The notes under the pieces are model-generated. The model had not been told where the DNA came from. It made no database searches and worked only from the letters and a program-made list of their open reading frames with translations. Shown in pieces: positions 60,701 through 64,000 of a DNA stretch of 64,000 nucleotides. The translations under genes were made by a program, and so were the position numbers. Source of the stretch: Desulfosudaceae bacterium (GTDB lineage Bacteria; Desulfobacterota; Desulfobacteria; Desulfobacterales; Desulfosudaceae); contig CAXXDV010000003.1 of NCBI GenBank assembly GCA_963674745.2, positions 2,336,001 to 2,400,000 on the forward strand. The letters are read 5' to 3'. Position 1 is the stretch's first letter. Each line of letters begins with the position of its first letter.

Positions 60701-61036
60701 TTCCCGGATCTCCTGCGGTACGATGACCCCGCCACCGCCGCCGAACACTTTGATGTGAGGCGCGCCATGGTCCTTGAGCAGTTCAATGATATACTTGAAA
60801 AATTCCATGTGACCGCCCTGGTAGCTGGATACCGCAATACCCTGGGCGTCTTCTTCCACGGCCGCCCGGACAATTTCCACTGCCGACCGGTTATGGCCGA
60901 GGTGGATGACTTCCACCCCGGTGTCCTGAAGAATGCGTCGCATGATGTTGATGGAGGCGTCATGGCCGTCAAACAGGGATGTGGCGGTGACGACCCGGAT
61001 GTGGTGTCTGGGCTGATAGGTTTCTGTCTGCTGCAT
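57776..61036 (-). CDS. icmF: fused isobutyryl-CoA mutase/GTPase IcmF
   Basis: B12-binding DGHDASINI, MeaB-like GTGGAGKSS, mutase domain RMFAGEG...HTNAYDEA. 1086 aa. Confidence 0.95.
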   Translation of the reverse strand: MQQTETYQPRHHIRVVTATSLFDGHDASINIMRRILQDTGVEVIHLGHNRSAVEIVRAAVEEDAQGIAVSSYQGGHMEFFKYIIELLKDHGAPHIKVFGGGGGVIVPQEIRELECCGVTKIYSPDDGARLGLQGIINNMVETMDFSTVGDHPVEVDSLSTENVVAVARLISQVREAEEAGDGSIEKIRRALAEKTGDRVVPVIGVTGTGGAGKSSLTDELILRFLMDPGDTHLAVICADPSRRKTGGALLGDRIRMNAIDSPRVYMRSLATRRSHSEIPSAMPETIAAVKAAGYDLVIVETAGIGQGDSNIVDLADVCVYVMTSEFGAASQLEKIDMLDFADIVVVNKFEKQGSEDALRDVRKQMQRNRKAFDTPPEQMPAFGTIASKFNDDGVTALYHRLLDTVREKTGVGFETSLACPETNASSARSIIIPTERVRYLSEIADTIRNYHHQTGQQADALRREWHLVETKQALAQNGIDATDSELDSLLDAARQSVDEDTRKTLEQWKTACQSYGGDELVYKVRDNEIRLPLSTRSLSGTRISKLSLPDYSDPGQTYTWLRRENLPGFFPYTAGVFPLKRVGEDPTRMFAGEGDPARTNRRFKLLSADSAAKRLSTAFDSVTLYGYDPDTRPDIYGKIGTSGVSVCTLDDVKVLYGGFDLCAPNNSVSMTINGPAPIMLAMFLNAAIDQQAEKLAQEKKRQLTGEELASVRADVLANIRGTVQADILKEDQGQNTCIFSIEFALKMMGDIQDFFINNNVRNFYSVSISGYHIAEAGANPITQLALTLANGFTYLEYYLSRGMPLDSFAPNFSFFFSNGMDPEYTVIGRVARRIWAVALREKYKGSPRSQMLKYHIQTSGRSLHMQDIQFNDIRTTLQALCAVYDNCNSLHTNAYDEAITTPSTESVRRALAIQQIINKEWGLAKNENPLQGSFIAEELTDLVEEAVLAEFDRITSRGGVLGAMETGYQRSRIQEESIYYEYRKHTGEHPIVGVNTFVNPDGSAEETADLELARATEEEKQSQLDRLQDFQQRHKDQAPQALDQLKKTVLAGENIFAELMNTVRCCSLGQITGALYEVGGKYRRGM

Positions 61037-61085
61037 TTCTGATCCTCTTTTTTTGGGTAGCTGAATATTTAATATAGTTTTAATT

Positions 61086-61742
61086 CTATTTTATTCCGTC
61101 TCCTGTAAATGCCCCCAGGATGTTTTCCGTCTGAAAAGCGATATATTCTTCCAGGGTGTAGTGCCGGCGGTAAAACCAGCGGCGGAACGCCCAGGCATGG
61201 CCCATCACCGCGATGTTGTGAGCCACCAGGTCAATACGGCGGCTGTCAACGCCCTTGACTTCACCGGCGGCCACGATCTTTTCCAGCAGGGCCTTGAAGA
61301 TGCCGGTCACCCGGGTCTCGTTTTCCAGCACCCGGGTCATCCATTTTTGCGGCAGAAACTGGGTCACCTGGTAAATCAGCAGAATATGATCGCTCATCCG
61401 GTCGCAGGCGGTAAAATAGCCGCGCACGGCCTGGCGAACGGTTTCTAAAACCGGTTGGTGGTGTGACAGCACCTCGTCCACATACCGTTCCATCTCGGCA
61501 TGGATGGCGTCACACACCAGGTAGAGGATATCCTCCTTGGTAGAGACGTATTCATACAAACTGCCGATGGACATGCCCGTAGCCCGGGCGATCTGACGGG
61601 TGGTGGTCTTGTGAAAGCCGTTGGCCACGAACAGGGCCACCGAGGCATCCACAATCTGCCGCCGGCGCCTGTTGACCAGGTCCTTGTCCTTTACCTCGGT
61701 CGGCACTTCGTGTCTGTTTTTGGGGCTTTCCGCCATTATCAT
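61086..61742 (-). CDS. TetR/AcrR family regulator
   Basis: [24 protein letters not shown]. Confidence 0.92.
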   Translation of the reverse strand: MIMAESPKNRHEVPTEVKDKDLVNRRRRQIVDASVALFVANGFHKTTTRQIARATGMSIGSLYEYVSTKEDILYLVCDAIHAEMERYVDEVLSHHQPVLETVRQAVRGYFTACDRMSDHILLIYQVTQFLPQKWMTRVLENETRVTGIFKALLEKIVAAGEVKGVDSRRIDLVAHNIAVMGHAWAFRRWFYRRHYTLEEYIAFQTENILGAFTGDGIK

Positions 61743-61813
61743 TCCAGCTTTTTAAACGTTAATCACGCTCGCAGGCGATACATCCGCCGGGCCAAAATTC
61801 ACCACACAACAAA

Positions 61814-61831
61814 ACTGAGCGAGCGCTCAGT
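61814..61831. promoter_or_regulatory. palindromic operator ACTGAGCG-AG-CGCTCAGT upstream of tetR-icmF
   Basis: Perfect 8-bp arms. Confidence 0.6.
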
Positions 61832-61957
61832 CATATGTACAACAAACGTGACTCTCGAGTCAATAAAAATTTGCCTTTTTCATGTCGGATTTTTTTTAAT
61901 GCCGCCAACCCGAGGATTCTACCTTTCGGACGAATTATAATGGCTTCCCCGATAAAA

Positions 61958-62062
61958 GGACACCCACAGGGGGTGCCCCTACGAGCCTCGGAGGACGTTC
62001 ATACATATTGTAGGGGCAGGCCCCCGTGCCTGCCCTGATGAAGGGCAACCATGGGGGTCTGC
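61958..62062. repeat. GTAG-type REP cluster
   Basis: CACCCACAGGGGGTGCCCCTAC and GTAGGGGCAGGCCCCCGTGCCTGCCCT. Confidence 0.8.
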
Positions 62063-62122
62063 CTCTGCGGGTCGTGGACGGCGTCCATGAAATCGGAATA
62101 AAAGGAGGTTTTTTGAAGTGCC

Positions 62123-63235
62123 CTACAACATAAGGCTGATGCTGGCCACGGCCTGAAGATAGATTTTCTGTTCAACGTAGCTTTTGCCGGGATTACCGGT
62201 GATGGCCAGGTCAAATTTGAAATGACTGAAGACGAACCCGGCCCCGATGGTTGCACCGAACTTGGGGCTTGGCAGATCGTTTCGGATATTGCCCAGGGAT
62301 GTGGTCCGGGCAATCACCGGAATGATCAGCGCGGCCCGCAGAAACGTATGGTCCAGGACCTGCTTTTCCATCCCTGCCCGGATCATCCAGAATTCAATTT
62401 TCTTTTTCTCTTGTCCGCCGAAATGGCCGTAAATAAATTCCTGGTCACACGTGAACAGCCAGGTGTCTTGTTGCACAGCCACTGCCAGGGTGGTAATCAG
62501 CGGCATGGAAAACCGGGTCTGGGAATTTTTTTCGGTTTTTGTCCGTTCATATCCGGATTTATGCAGATCAACCAGATTTTTGGTCATCAGGCCGATGGTG
62601 ATGTCGGGGGTTGCCTGCCAGAGAAGGCCGGCATCCAGGGTAGTATAGTCCAGACCGACCTGCCGTAAATCCTCATACGGGCGCCCGGCCCGGCAGAAAT
62701 CGGTCTGTCATTTCACCTTGACAAATGAGACGCCCCAGGCGAGGCGGTCATAATACGGCAACCGGCCGGCAACAGAAAACCGGTAATCGAATGTGTCTGA
62801 TTTTATTTGTCCGGAATAGGTCTCATCGACATCGATCATGCTCAAATCCAGCAGGTGGGCGGGATAACCGCTCCAGTCCTCCTGCCCGCTGTCGCCGTCA
62901 AAATGCAGCCGCACAAACCGTCCCACGCCAAAGGTCAACGGGAAATCTTCCCCCGGACGGACGACCAGGCTGAAGGCCTCATCCGTATCCGGACAGCCGG
63001 CTGACACAAAAAGCTGGCTGGTCTTCATGCGGGCCATGCCGGCCGGGTTCCAGAACAGGGCCGAACCGTCATCGGCCACGGCCGAAAAAGCCCCGCCCAA
63101 ACCGATGGCCCGGGCCCCCACCCCAAGCCCCAGGTCAGACCCGGACAAGGCGTCAAAGTCCACATCATCGGCCATGACCGGACCGGCCAGAAGACACAAG
63201 ACTACAATTGTTTTTAAAAGAATTGAATCGGGCAT
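62123..63235 (-). CDS. PorV/FadL-like outer-membrane beta-barrel protein with one in-frame TGA (62708-62710); candidate selenoprotein
   Basis: Signal peptide and GARAIGLGGAFSAVADDGSALFWNPAG. The two track ORFs are in one frame, joined by open codons QTDFCRAG...LDAGLLWQATPDITIGL. A strong hairpin follows the TGA. Confidence 0.75.
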
Positions 63236-63324
63236 TTAAGAAGGCCCTTTGTATAAGGGACCCAGCCTGCCGCCGTTCAGCACGCCGGCTTTTTATAATC
63301 AATCAATGAAGAAGAGGATTTTCC

Positions 63325-63999
63325 TTACTGGGTTTTATCCGGTTTTCTGGCCAGCATGATGAGTTTTTTACCGAACAGCAATTGAGGGCTCAGCACCTGG
63401 CGCATTATGGTTTTTGCTGCTTCTTTGGAAAGTTCTTTCTTTTTTTTACGGTAAAGCACCCGCCTCGTGGAAATCCAGGCCAAAGGATATAAAAAAGGGG
63501 CCAGCAACAGTGAATTAATGGAATATCTGGTCGTATCAACCGCGACGACCTCAAGCCCGACGTATTCCAGATAGCAACGAAGCTGAAAGGCGTTGATTAA
63601 AAATATGTGGCCGAAGTATACCCCTTCCGAGTCATGGTCTTGATTTACCGTGTCGTTCCCGCAACTGGCGGTTGCGACAACCGGAATACTGTTTCTACGG
63701 GCGCTCCCGGTCAATAACAGAGACAGTCTTCCTTCCAGATGGAGCGTATTCGGGGTGGTGACAACCAGTAATCCGCCCGGCTTCAGCGTGCGTGCCATAT
63801 CCCTTAAAGAGGCGACCTGCGCGTCCAGGTGTTCAATACCCTCCGAGAACAGAATGCCGTCAAATTTCTCATCGTCGAATGGCAGCGATTTTTCAAGGTT
63901 TATTTTTTGTATCTTAATGCCTTTGCCATGTATGTTTTCAGGAAACAGATCGCCGGCGATGACGTCAAACCCGGAAGCGACCAGACTTCGTGAATTTAC
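63325..63999 (-). CDS. class I SAM-dependent methyltransferase (5' part outside window)
   Basis: Frame is open to the window edge: DVIAGD...LPFDDEKFDGILFSEGIEHL...LKPGGLLVVTTPN. Confidence 0.88.
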   Translation of the reverse strand, partial: VNSRSLVASGFDVIAGDLFPENIHGKGIKIQKINLEKSLPFDDEKFDGILFSEGIEHLDAQVASLRDMARTLKPGGLLVVTTPNTLHLEGRLSLLLTGSARRNSIPVVATASCGNDTVNQDHDSEGVYFGHIFLINAFQLRCYLEYVGLEVVAVDTTRYSINSLLLAPFLYPLAWISTRRVLYRKKKKELSKEAAKTIMRQVLSPQLLFGKKLIMLARKPDKTQ

Positions 64000-64000
64000 G

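Noticed and set aside
14312..60758. Long antisense ORFs (e.g. 14312-15439, 15811-17199, 41081-42241, 42585-43799, 59498-60364)
   Set aside because: They are shadows of well-supported GC-rich genes on the opposite strand and have no recognisable motifs.
1..64000. tRNA, rRNA or riboswitch (including a cobalamin riboswitch near icmF)
   Set aside because: None was recognisable by eye. An Rfam or tRNAscan-SE search would be needed to exclude them.

Overview
Bacterial chromosomal window, probably from a sulfate-reducing deltaproteobacterium (Desulfobacterales-like; inferred from gene content). Bases 1-13.2 kb hold a sedentary integron. intI is on + (12219-13211), attI is near 12011-12075, and at least 19 AT-rich cassettes lie on the - strand, separated by attC sites of about 123-129 bp (one is 95 bp). 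The array probably continues past the left edge. Two RNA-dependent mobile elements target its attC sites. A 2003-nt group II intron (3031-5033) sits inside an R' core, co-oriented with the cassettes, and its EBS1 loop (TAACGT) is complementary to the conserved ACGTTA end of this array's attC sites. An IS110/IS1111-type element with a long structured 3' non-coding end (bridge/seekRNA candidate) is inserted next to an R'' core at the left edge. Four cassettes lack a convincing gene, and one of them occurs twice and carries a sigma70-like promoter. Bases 13.3-64 kb are mostly housekeeping and acyl-CoA metabolism: htpG, acyl-CoA dehydrogenases, nth, pgeF, a biotin carboxylase operon, coaE, a GlcD/CCG Fe-S cluster, thiolase, a sigma54-controlled lipase plus foldase, lnt and icmF. 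GTAG-type REPs and small MITE-like elements are scattered through this part. The most unexpected item outside the integron is a PorV/FadL-like outer-membrane protein gene (62123-63235, -). It is interrupted by one in-frame TGA in a U-x4-C context, followed at once by a strong stem-loop, which makes it a candidate selenoprotein or readthrough gene. All calls come from reading the sequence by eye; no searches were run.
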